64,000 nt of DNA from Mobula birostris. Lineage: Eukaryota. The position numbers and the translations under genes are program-made. Of this stretch, positions 26,001 to 37,178 are shown one piece after another (the first letter of the stretch is position 1; each line of letters opens with the position of its first letter). Below the pieces are notes generated by a model, which saw only the letters and a list, made by a program, of their open reading frames with translations, was not told the DNA's origin and made no database searches. The DNA is taken from contig NC_092374.1 of assembly GCF_030028105.1 (NCBI RefSeq), positions 178,460,057 to 178,524,056 on the forward strand, read 5' to 3'.

Positions 26001-29000
26001 TTTGCAAATACCAAGTGCAGTTACTCTTCAATGCAGTCACGTCAGTGAAACTGAGTTGGCTCAATTGATCATTGAACATTGCTAGGAAACCGGTGCCATT
26101 GCATTTCAATGTGTTCAAATCACAGCTGATCTCTCCGATATCCGGGACATTGATTTTTAGAATCGCGTTGACCGTATCTCCAGATTGTGTGCAGCCCCAG
26201 AGTGCCTGTATGTAGCTGAAGCCTGTAAATTACCAACAGATTAATTAACATTAATGGCTGAAGCTTCCAATACTAGATAATGGTCTGGTAAATACGTAAA
26301 TGCTATGTGACTAAGAGGTGCACAAAGTAGTGGGTCACGGTCAGCGACTGTGTACAGTTAAGGCCGAGAGCATGGGGTGAAGTGTCCTATATAGAACATT
26401 TGTCAGTGTGTGGCACAGATCACAGGGTCTGGTGGAATCAGTAATCAATGTGAGCAACTGTCTACACGGCAAGGTGGGAGGGGAAAGTTTAAAGAGATTC
26501 AATTTGTCATTAACGAATGGCAATGTTTCCCAATGTGCAGTGAAAAGCATTCGGATTGGTTACATCACAGCCGGTAGGTAAACTCCAAAGCTCTGAAAGA
26601 CAAAAGGCTGCGGGGGTGCTGGGCTCAACCAGGCCCATCACAGGCACAGCTCTCCCCATCGTTGAGGACATCTGCAGAAGGCAATGTCCCAGGAAGACAA
26701 CATCCATCATCAGGAGCCACACCCTCCCTATCATCCAGGACATACTCTCTTCTTGATGCTACCACTAGGAAGGAGGGACAGAGGCCAAAGGACCAACACC
26801 TCAGGCTCCAAAAAGAGCTCCATGCCCAATACCACCAGGTTCTTTAACCAACCAGAAAAGCCTTAACGAGACCCTAGATTATATTCTTCTCTCTCTTAAT
26901 TTTGCACAAATATTGTTACATTTATTTTGTTGTATGCCTTTGCACATGTGCGGGTTGTACATATTTATTTAAAATTGACTCCATGCTAACATGTCCTGTA
27001 ATATACCATGCTGCTGCTGTAAGACAGTAATTTGATGGCATTTGTACCCTGTGTATGTCAGCCTATGATCAGAAATAAACTTGAGCTTGAACTTATGCGG
27101 AGTGCACAGTACAGAGATCACGTTGAAACACTGTGCAGTGCACAGTACTCTACATACAAAGCAGGGGGCACATTGAAGGACTCTGTCGACATGTGGGTCG
27201 GAGCAGGGGCTCACAGTGAGAGACTGCGCTGTACAGTCTGCGCTGAACCACGTCCACTGCAGAGAGTTACGGCGGAGAATTGTGAAAGCAACGTGTTTGT
27301 ATTCAGTGTCAATAAGCACAGAGTGTGCAACACAGCAGTTCTGGTCACTCTGTGACGGTGAGGCTTTGGAGTAGGTGCAGAAGATGCTTACCAGATGCTG
27401 CCTGGATTGGACAGCATGTGCAATAACAAGTGATTTGACCAATTTGGGCTGTTTTCTCTGTTTCAAAGTTGACAGCTGGTATAATTTTTCCCTCAGTTGA
27501 AATGTCTAATGCAAGAGGGCATGGAAAAGGGGATATGTTCAATGGAGATGTGCAGGGTAAGACTATTACAGAATGGTGGGTTCCTAAATTGTGCTTCCAG
27601 GGGTTGTGGTAGTAGCAGATACAAAGAGGGTGTTCAAGAAGCTTAGGCGAGCAGGACATGGACATTGTGTAGGCAGAAAAGATGAGATTAGTTTGGTATT
27701 TGATTATTAATACAATTAGTTCAGCAGAACATTTTGGGCCAAAGGGCCTGTTCCTGTGTTGTAGCATTCTAGGTCTAATGCATGGAGTCCCCGCACCGAA
27801 TTAGATCTGGAAAGCATCATTGTGGCAGGTGACTAGATAAGAACCATGGACGTCTTAGTTCCAACCATCCTAGACTGAAGCATCCCCAAGTCTGGAGTTG
27901 GGGAGTAGGCTTAGGATTAGGGTTTGAGCCAGGCAAAGCCTGTATGGACAGTGGGTTTGATTTTCACTGTTTCTCTGAAGAGATCATTGGGGAATGAGGA
28001 CTGGATAATCAGTTTATTTTGAAGGGTTAGAACTTACCCAGATGATTAGGATGGAATTCTTGTAATTGGAGTTAAGGAAGGTAGAGAGCAGAATGGAGAT
28101 TTGAGAGATTTGAAAGAGTGAAGGACTTTAAACTTGATACAGCATAATCAGATCTAATAGAAGATCAAGATATTGGCAATATGCAAGTCACTGTGATACT
28201 CAAAGGGTAGTGGGGGTCAAAGACACTCACTAATCGATGAGGGTAATTGCTTCAGATATGTCGAGAGGAGCTCATGAAGCCGATCGGCTATTTCTTTCTG
28301 TTCTTTCCAGTAGTCGGTCGATAAGCCATCTGCGATCCACTGGTACTTGACTTCTACTTCACGGAGTGTGCTGTCGTAGTAGTCTGTCTGCAAGTCATTG
28401 AGCATCCCAATCCTGAAGGAAACTGGTATTTCATGAATGCTGATGGGTTGGAAGTAGTGATATGTCAAGCTGTATGCGCCTGAGTAAAAGGACAGAGAGA
28501 GTGTCAGAAAACAACAAAGGATGCTCACAATTTATAAGGCAGAAATTGGGAGTTTGATGACATACTCGCCACTTGAATGGATTAATACACATCCAAACAG
28601 ACATCCTACTGGATCAGGCAGCACTCCCACCCCTCTTTATTAGCTCCCCAAACACGACCAACCAACACTATGAAAACTTGCTTCACTGCTCTGGCCATTT
28701 ACAAAATCCTAAGCAGATACTCACCGAAGCCAATCTAACAGAACGACCCAAACCCCAGCACAAAGGAGGTCAAGGGCAGCAGGGAAACAGGAGCCCCAAC
28801 TCCCACTATAGGGTTGCTTCTAAGTCAGAGGCAACCATAATGGAATATGAGTCCACCATGATAGAGCGGAAGCCAAGTTTCAAGGAGAAGCAGAAGACAA
28901 TTCCGGGGCACCAGTGTAGAAATTCTCATCATCGCAACAAAGGTGACAGAGAAAGAGCACAGAAAAGAGGTAGTGGAGTCCCACAAGAGGCAGAGTGGGA

Positions 29001-32000
29001 GGATGAAAAGTAAAGATAGTTGTGGCAGTCTGCATGTTGACAAGGACATTTGCGAATGCAATCAGGATAGGAAAGACTTAGATATGCCCTGTATGAAGAG
29101 GAAAATAGGCTAGGAATTGGGAGCAAGGAAAATGACAATTTCCAGTTCTGTCTGAGTGTGGGGAGCAGCACCAATGCAGTGATCAATGTCAAAGGAAAGG
29201 AGCTGAGTGATGTAGCCCAAGGATTGAAAGTTAGCAGTCATTTCAAGAGGACAAGAATATAAAAGCAAAGGTGTGATGTTAAGACTTCAGGAAGCACTGG
29301 TGAGGCCTGTTGTGGAGTATTGTGAGCAATTCTGGGCCCCTTAGGAAGGATGTGCTGAAACTGGAGAGGGTTCAAAGAAGGTTCATGAAAATGATTCCAG
29401 GATTGAAAGGTTTGTCACATAAAGAGCATTTGATGGTTCTAGGCCTGTGTTCACTGGAATTCAGAAGAATGAGGTGGGACCTAACTGAAACCTGTCAAAT
29501 TGTGAAAGCCCTTGATAGAGTGAATGTGGAGAGGATGTTTTCTATGGTGGGAGAGTCGAAGACCAGAGGACACAGTTTCAGAATAGAGGGGTGTCCTTTT
29601 AGAACAGAGATGAGGAGGAATTTTTTTTAGCCAGAGAATGGTGAATCTGTGGGATCCTTTGCCACAGGCAACTTAGCAGCAGTGGAGGTCAAGCCGTTAT
29701 GTATATTTACGGCAGAGGTTGAGAGATCCTTGACTGGTCAGGACATGAAGGGATACAGGGAGAAGGCAACAGATTGGAGCTGAGGGTAAAATTGGATGAA
29801 ATGGCAGAGCCGACTTGTTAGGCCAAATGGCCTAATTCTGCTCCAATATCTTATGGTCTTATGGTAACAAGACTGTTCCAGGTATCCAAGTGCAGAAGAG
29901 ATTTTCCAGAATGCTTCCTGGATTAGAGGCCATAAGAATTGAATTGAATTGACCTTATTACTTACATCCTTCATATACAAGAGGAGTAAAAACCTTTACA
30001 TTATGTCTCTGTTCAAATGTGCAATGTAGAATTGTAGTAATTTATAATAAATATTATGTACAACAGGACAGTCAATATGACATAGAAATACAATTGCATC
30101 AGCATGAACTAAGCAGTCTGATGGAAGAAGTTGTCCCGGAGCCTGTTGGTCCTGGCTCTCATGCTGCGGTACCATTTCCCAGATGACAGCAGCTGGAACA
30201 GTTTGTGGTTGGGTTGACTCGGGTCTCCAATGATCCATCGGGCCATTTTTACACACTTGTCCTTGTAAATATCCTGAATAGTGGGAAGATCACATCTCCA
30301 GATGAGCAGGGCTGTCCTCATCACTCTCTGCCGAGTCCTGTGATTAAGGGAAGTACAGTTCCCGTACCAGGCAGTGATACAGCCAGTCATGATGCTCTCA
30401 TTAGTGCCCCTGTAGAAAGTTCTTAGAATTTGGAGAGGGGCCATACCAAACTTCTTCAACCGTCTGAGGTGAAGGAGATGCTGTTGTGCCTTTTTCACCA
30501 CACAGCTGGTATGTTCAGACCATTTGAGATCCTCGGTGATGTGTATGCGGAGGAGGAGTTGTTCTCTGGAGTGACAGAGACTGAGGGAAGATCTGATAGA
30601 CGTTTATAAGATTACAAGAGCATCCCAGGGTCAAAATATCTAACACTAGAGGGCACATATTTCAAGTGAAAGGGAATAAATTCAGAGGATATTTGTAGGG
30701 CAATGTTAATTTTACAGAGTGGTAAGTGTCTGGAATCAGCTGTGAGGGCTGGTGGTGGAGGCAAATACAATGGAGGTAGTTAAGAAACACTTAGAAAGGC
30801 TCATGAATTGCAGAGAATGGAAAGATATGGACACTGGCAGAAGGGTTTAGATTAGTTACACATTTAGTTACCGGTTTAATTAACTTGGCACAACATCTTG
30901 GGCTGAAGGGCATATCCCAGTTCTGCACTGCCCGGTGTTGTCATCTCAGAGAAAGATATCATAGGATTCCCCTGGTTGCTCTGATTTCCTGACACACCCC
31001 AGAGATGGGTGGATTGGTAGGCTAATTGGCTGCTGTAAATCACCCCTGAGGTGTGTGTGAGTGGTGGCATCTGGGAAGGTGTTGATGCGAATGAGGGAAG
31101 AATAAGATTAGATGAGTGTAAATGGGTGTTTGATGGACCCAGGAGGACAGTACTGACTCTGCAGGAGAATCACTTTCTTTAAAATCTTGACATTACTGAC
31201 TAGCTGCATCAAAACCTGGGACAGAATCTACAATAGACAGGAATACAAGAGCTCAGAGAATGGTGGTCACAGCCTGATCCACCATGGGCACATCCTACTC
31301 CAACACTAGCAGTATCTACAGGAGGCACTGCTTCAAGAAGGCAGCATCTACCATCAAGGATTCCCATCATTCGCATCGTGCAGTCTTCTTGCTGCTACTG
31401 TCGGGCAGGAGGGACGGAAGACTGGCATCCCACAACATCAGGTTCAGCAACAGCTGCTTTCCTACAGACATCAGTTCTTGAACCAACCTGCACAATCCTA
31501 ACCCTGCAACAGCAATGAAACACTACAGACTGCCTCTTGCACCTTTCAGACCATAAGACATAGGAGCAGAATTAGGCTAATCAGCCCATCGAGTCCTTTC
31601 AGCATTCCATCATGGCTGAATCCAGATCCCACTCAACCCCATACACCTGCATCCTCGTCATATCACGATCAACTTCCGCCTTAAATATATGCACTGACTT
31701 GGCAGCCCGTGGCAGAGCATTCCACAGTTTTAACGCTCTCTGGCTAAAATAAATTGCTGCTTACTTCTTTTCTAAAGGGCCACCCCTCAATTTTGAGGCA
31801 GTGCTCTCTAGTTCTGGATACTCCACCACTGGAAACATCCTCTCCACATCCACCCCTACAAGTCCTTTCAACATTCAGTAGGTTTTAATGAGATCACTCC
31901 ACATTTTGCTAAACTCCAGTGAGTACAGGTCCAAAGCTGCCAAATGCTCTTCATACGTTAACCTCTTCATTCCCAGAATCATCCTCCTGAACCTGCTCTG

Positions 32001-35000
32001 TGCTATCTCCAATGATAACACATCCTTTCTGAGATATGGGGCTCAAAACTGTTCACAATGCTTTAAGTGTGGCCTGATTAGTGTCTTATTATTATCTCCT
32101 GGCTTTTCTTGAAAGATCATGTCCAATGCATTTGTTATCTCTTCAGCAACCTCTCTCAAGTTTCTGGGACATAGTCCATCTGGCTCAGGTGACTTACCCA
32201 CCTTAAGACCTTTGAAGTTGGCTAGCACTTTTTCCTTTGTAAAAGCAAAACACCCACTCCTGCTCTCTGACACTCACGGACCTCTGGCACACCGCTAGTG
32301 TCTTCCACAGTGAAGACAGATGCAAAGTACCCATTAAGTTCCTTTGATAAGTCTTTGTCCCACATTACTACCTCACCAGCATCATATTCCAGTGGTCTAA
32401 TATCAACTCTCACTTCCCTTTTATTCTTTATGTAACTGAAAAAACTGTTGGTGTCCTGCTTCATATTATTGGCTAGTCAGCCCTCATATTTCATCTTTTC
32501 CCTTCTTATAGCCTTTTTAGCTACTTTTTGTTGGATTTTAAAAGTTTCCTAATCATCCAACTTCCCACTCACATTTGTTACCTTATACATCCTTTCCTTG
32601 ACTTTTATGCAGTCCTTAGCTTTCTTTGTCAGCCATGGTTGCCTAGCCCTGCCATTCGAGAACTTCTTCCTCTGTGGCACATATCTATCCTGCGCCTTGT
32701 GAACTATTCCCAGAAACTTCAGCCATCTCTGCTGTCATCTCCACTAGTATTCTCCTTCAATCCACCTGGGCAAGCTCCTCTCTCATGCCTCTGTAATTCC
32801 CTTTATTCCATTGCGATACTGACGCATGTGCGTTATGCTTCTCCCTCTCAAATTGCTATACGAATTCAATCATATTTTGATCACTGTCTCCTAAGGAATC
32901 CTTTATGTTCATCTCCCTAATAAGATCTGGGTTATTACAGCATATCTGTAGATGTGAACTTCCCACTATTCAGGACATTTACAAAGACAAGTGTGTAAAA
33001 AGGGCCTGAAGGATCATTAGGGATCTGAGTCACCCCAACCACAAAATGTTCCAGCTGCTACCATCTGGGAAACGGTACCACAACATGAAAGCCAGGACCA
33101 AGAGGGACAGCTTCTTGCACTCGGCCATCAGACTGCTTAATTCGTACTGAATTTCTATGTTGTACATACTATTTGTTATAAATTACTATAAATTACACAT
33201 TGCACCTTTAGATGGAGACTGACGTAAAGATTACGAAGGATGTAAGTAATAAAGTCAATTCAATTCAATTCAATACACAACACTCAATCTAAGATAGCCT
33301 TCCCCTGAGCAGGCTCAAGCACAAGCATTCTCTGACCCTATGTCACCTCTTTCTAAAGATGTAATTCCATCTCTTACCAACAGAGCCATACCACTGCCTA
33401 TGCCTTTTTGCCTGTTCTTTCCTTCCAAAGTATATCATTTGATGTTGTGACAAAACTGCCAAGTTATCAGAAGATTGGTGCCGATAAGAGAAACAATGGG
33501 GGAACATTCGGGAATGCTAATGGGGAACGAGAGAGATTAACAAAAAGGGGGGCACAGTTCTGAGTATTGTCAAGACGGGCCGCTTTGAACCTGAAACTGT
33601 TTGAAGTCTGATGGACAGGCGATACCCCAGCAGGGGGATAAAAGGGACAGTTTCGCTAAGGCAAATCAGACACCACGACACGACGGGACAACGAGACCCT
33701 GGAAGTGCGTTGTGCCCCCACAAGTTGGTGGAAGTTTTGGAGGTCTGCTCACGGGACCAGCCAAAGACGCACAGGGTGGGAAGGTAAGAGTCGGCGGGAG
33801 CCTGGTGTGTGTGTCCGCCCTTGCCTGGGTGCCGGGTTCACCGCAAAGGAACGACCGTATCTGGAACGTAGGGGTCACAGTCGGTGACCTCACAAGACAT
33901 TACAAAGGACTCGCCTGAAAGCTAACTGCGAGGAATATCGAAGGTCTGTTTGGAATCCGATTTGAATATTCGTTCGCTCTCTCTCTCTCCCCGTCCCCAC
34001 AACGGCGCAACAGCGATTACTGCGAACTGAGCTGAACTAAATTGAACTGAACTTTGCGTCACTTGAAACTAATCATTTACCCCTAGACTGCGATAGAGCT
34101 TAATTGATCCTATTATCCTAGTTCTGTGTACATGCGTGTTGTATCATTGTTAATCTGTTGCATTTATATCCTTATGATTAGAGTACTGTGTTGCTTACTT
34201 CTTTAATAAAACTTTCTTAGTTCCAGTAATCCAGACTCCAACTAAGTGGTCCACTTCTGCTGGTTTGGCAACCCAGTTATGGGGTACGTAACAATGTTAA
34301 GGTCCCAAATTTGGTCTTTTTTCAGCCACAGTTCCGTGATCCCCACAATGTCACGCAGAAAAATCTCTAATTGCACCTCGAGTTCATCCACCTTATTCCA
34401 AATACAGCACCTTCAGTCCTGCATTCTTCACCCTTTTGAATGTTGCCTCTGTGGTACAACTTAACTCTTTGCTCTGTCTGCAATTGTACCCAATCATTGG
34501 CTTGTCCTTCCTTACATACGTTACACCCATCCGTGTTTTTCTTTTTTGCATCTACAGAATCACCCATCTGTCCCCCTGCCTACAGAATCTCCTATTACTG
34601 CTGCCACCCTCTTCAGTTCCGTACCCCTCTGAGCCACAGGGCCAGACTCAGTGCCAGAGGCACGGCCACTGTTGCTTTCCGGTGTACTGTTGCGACTGGG
34701 CATCTCTGATTCTGTTTTTTTTTGCTCTGATGTCTCAATCTGCAGTAATTTTTGTTCATTGACTTGCATAAACTTTCCGTAACTGTCATTGCGTGTGCCC
34801 TGAATATGCCTGATGTAATGCTGCTGCAAGCGAGATTTTCATTTTATCCATGTCTAACCATTCTTATGCATATGACAATAAACTTGACTGAACGTGACCT
34901 CTCTGAACGTTCTAAATTCCCTGTTACCTAAGGTAACTGAAACTGAGCAATATTGTTCTTTGCGATTTATTGCTTCTATTTTTCTGCTTCCTTTTTCATT

Positions 35001-36051
35001 GTATTTTCTGTAAGCGCCAGTGCAGACACAGAACACTCTCCCATAGTCTGCCATGTGTAAACATACTGACCAACCACCCCAACACCAGAGCTTTGACGAA
35101 CTCGCCACTCATGTCCACTGGCAACGGCCTCCACTTCCCGCTGCATCATTTGGCATGAGCGGTGTTAACCTGGCGATTTTACAAAACCTCCCAGAAGTCC
35201 TTATACATAACATGCATCAATGTTCTGCCAGTCTATTACCACAGCAATCACCAAAACTTAGAGCCAACTCTTGATGCACTTTGTAAATAGAAAGAAAAAG
35301 TTCTGACAATAGTCAACAGGCCAGGCAGTATCTGGAGAAAAGAGGAACTGTTAATGTCTCAAGTTAAAGACGGAAGGTTCCGATAGCATGCAAGGACAGA
35401 GAAACAGGGCTAATGTTTAATGACCAAGGTGGAAATCTTGCAACAGTTCGGGTAGCATCTGTTGGGAGACAAAGAATGAATGTTTCAGATTCGGGAGCCT
35501 GAGTCAGAACTTGGAATGAGAGAAATCAAGTTAGTTTTTGTTAGCAGAGAAGTCATTCACACATAAGGCACAGAAAGAGGCCACTCGGACAGCTATGTGT
35601 GTGCAGACCCTAGAGGAATGGGTAGAACAGGGGTATTTCTTTGGTATTGTGAAACAGACTGACGTAACGTGGCAGTTAAGGGATAGTTAAACTCAGATTA
35701 ATTGCTTTAATGTGATGCCTCTGTTAAGACTGTGGGACTTTCCTCTTTGGGAACTGGCGATAGACCCCAAACTACCCACCGCTGAAACATATTCAAGGAT
35801 CATTTTGCCCCGAGTTTATCGACTCCAGAAATTTCACAGGAGTGAAATCAGAACACAGGAGTGCGATGAGTTCGTCCTGCCGTCTAATGGAGCAACTGCC
35901 AGGAACTCCAAAAGATTTAAAGGTGAATTTCCCGACACAACCCCCGACCATCGCCGTCACATACCCTCGCCTCACCTGCCTGTTGTCCCGCGACAGAGCA
36001 GAGAGATAACGCGGTGACAAGGAGCGATACCGGTCCGGTCCAGCTCTCCAT
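16934..36051 (-). CDS. Complete spliced nonclassical MHC class I-like heavy-chain gene ('gene B'), 5 coding exons, 939 nt, 312 aa
   Basis: Exons 36051-35976 (76 nt), 28479-28231 (249), 26222-25962 (261), 19583-19308 (276), 17010-16934 (77). All introns are phase 1 with AG acceptors; the joined CDS is 939 nt with no internal stop. Domain order leader-alpha1-alpha2-IgC1-hydrophobic tail is that of class I. Confidence 0.88.
19308..19583 (-). CDS. Gene B exon 4: alpha3 Ig C1-set domain (92 aa)
   Basis: VAPEVQV...LSCIITPFYPRAINATWLKNG...YTCHVEHSSL shows the IgC1 C-x4-FYP, W and YxCxVxH motifs. Acceptor ttccccag| at 19584, donor G|GTAGGT at 19307; 276 nt. Confidence 0.93.
20240..22590 (+). mobile_element. 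Degenerate CR1 LINE including ORF1 with an SGNH-esterase-like domain (gene B intron 3)
   Basis: VLIGNSIGRRTETRFCG...VCCLP...VHLGTNE (20645-20875), endonuclease fragment WVELRN...IYRP...VGNFN (21235-21522), RT remnants. Confidence 0.85.
22600..24690 (+). mobile_element. Second degenerate CR1 LINE (ORF1 end plus ORF2 endonuclease/RT)
   Basis: ALYLNARSIQNKVSEL...GITELWL...GGGLAVLVK...IWVEIRN (within 22930-23454); VVYRP...GDFN (23423-23668). Confidence 0.85.
25962..26222 (-). CDS. Gene B exon 3: divergent MHC class I alpha2 domain (87 aa), not represented in the ORF track
   Basis: Hand translation SFSYIQALWGCTQSGDTVNAILKINVPDIGEISCDLNTLKCNGTGFLAMFNDQLSQLSFTDVTALKSNCTWYLQRVVQLGREALERQ has Q96, WGC (C101), C164 and the typical ...LER end. 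Acceptor aatttacag| at 26223, donor AG|GCAAGT at 25961. Confidence 0.85.
28231..28479 (-). CDS. Gene B exon 2: MHC class I alpha1 domain (83 aa)
   Basis: GAYSLTYHY...GMLNDLQTDYYDS...QWIADGLSTDYWKEQ... matches the class I alpha1 pattern. Acceptor ttttactcag| at 28480, donor A|GTGAGT at 28230. Overlaps ORF 28217..28528. Confidence 0.9.
31550..34560 (-). mobile_element. Degenerate CR1 LINE in gene B intron 1, carrying a nested LINE 3' piece (~32940-33275) and a solo LTR
   Basis: RT remnants (GLKVGKSPEPDGL, FFSYIKNKREVRVDIRPLE); CR1 sequence resumes on both sides of each insertion. Confidence 0.78.
33446..34293 (+). mobile_element. Solo LTR (848 bp), antisense to gene B in intron 1
   Basis: Termini TGTGACA...GTAACA, perfect 4-bp TSD ATGT (33442-33445 / 34294-34297), TATA-like gataaaaggg, AATAAA near 34204; CpG-rich. 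Confidence 0.88.
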
Positions 36052-36470
36052 TGCGACAACTCCTCGCATCGACTGAACCCTGATCGTTAGTCAGTGAAGT
36101 GCTGAGGGTGGAATTAGATTCACAGACGCGGCTTGGGGCAAACAGGGTAAACAGGTGCAGCCAGTAGCTGAAACTCCTCCTACAGAAATGACTGTGTGGG
36201 CAACGGAGTGTCGGCTGGTCGCGGGAGGGAGAGGAGCCAAACCACTTCCTGTTGTGTTGCAACAGATCCAGCGAGAGGAGATTTCAGGAACCTCCGAACA
36301 GCCCGAGGGAAGCTGCTCCGCACAAAACTTCTCCAATCACTAGGTAAAACAAAACTTCCAGAAGAGCTGGACGGGTCAGGCGGCAGATGTGAAGGAAAAT
36401 GCAGTGTCAACCCAAAACGTCCACTGTCCAGATCGCCTCCGCAGCTGCGGCCTGACCCGCTGATTCATAG
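35640..36470 (-). promoter_or_regulatory. CpG-rich promoter / first-intron region of gene B with candidate factor sites
   Basis: Non-repetitive and locally CpG-rich around the leader exon. GGGACTTTCC (kappaB consensus) 35734-35743; TGACGTAA (CRE-like) 35660-35667; ACAGGAAGTG (ETS, minus) 36252-36243; CCAATCA 36333-36339. Motif matches only. Confidence 0.5.
35976..36051 (-). CDS. Gene B exon 1: signal peptide MESWTGPVSLLVTALSLCSVAGQQA
   Basis: ATG at 36051-36049, hydrophobic core, phase-1 donor G|GTGAGG at 35975; lies in a non-repetitive CpG-rich stretch. Confidence 0.82.
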
Positions 36471-37178
36471 TCATACTTCATGAAACAGGGCTGGTCAGGG
36501 AATGATCACAGAATAGTGTTTTTCGCTACTGGACAGGGAGCGGCCAGGTTCACTGAGAGAGCTCCTCAATTATTATAGCAGAGTCCCCCACCCCAGGGTC
36601 TCAGAAGATTGTCAAGAGTCTCCTACACCATCACTGACCTTATTAACTCTGGGGATCTCCCATCCACTGCCACCAACATAGTACCTGCCCCCGTACAACC
36701 CGTTTCTACCAACTGCCCAGGATCCACAACCCTGCCTGTCCAGGTAGACCTATTGTTTCTGCTAGTTCCTGCTCCACTGAACGTATGTCTGCAGACCTCT
36801 ACTCAGTTTTATCCCCCCACCCCCATCCCCGTTCAGTCTTTACCCACCTACATCCTTGACACTTCACACCCTCTTGATCTTTTCAATAAATTCAAGTTCA
36901 CTGGACCTGATCATCTTATTTTCACTATGGATGTCCAACCCTATACACCTCCACATCCCACTAGAATGGCCTCAAAGTTCTCCATTTCTTTCTGGACACC
37001 AGACCCAACCAGTTTCCCTCCATCACCACTCTCCTCCACTGAGTGAAACTGTTCCTCACTCTCAATAACTTCTCCTTTGGCTCCTCCCTTCAAGTAAAAG
37101 GTGTAGCATGGACACTTGTATGGCTCCCAGCTTTGCTTGCATTTCGGTTGGCTACGTGGAATAGTCTATGTTCTAACC

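Noticed and set aside
19308-28479. MHC class II or W-category assignment for gene B
   Set aside because: Alpha1, alpha2 (with C101-C164) and one IgC1 domain are encoded in a single chain, which is class I organisation.
36240-36345. Classical MHC S-X-Y promoter module
   Set aside because: The CCAAT lies upstream of the weak X-like GTTGCAAC on the coding strand, the reverse of the expected order, and the X-box match is poor.
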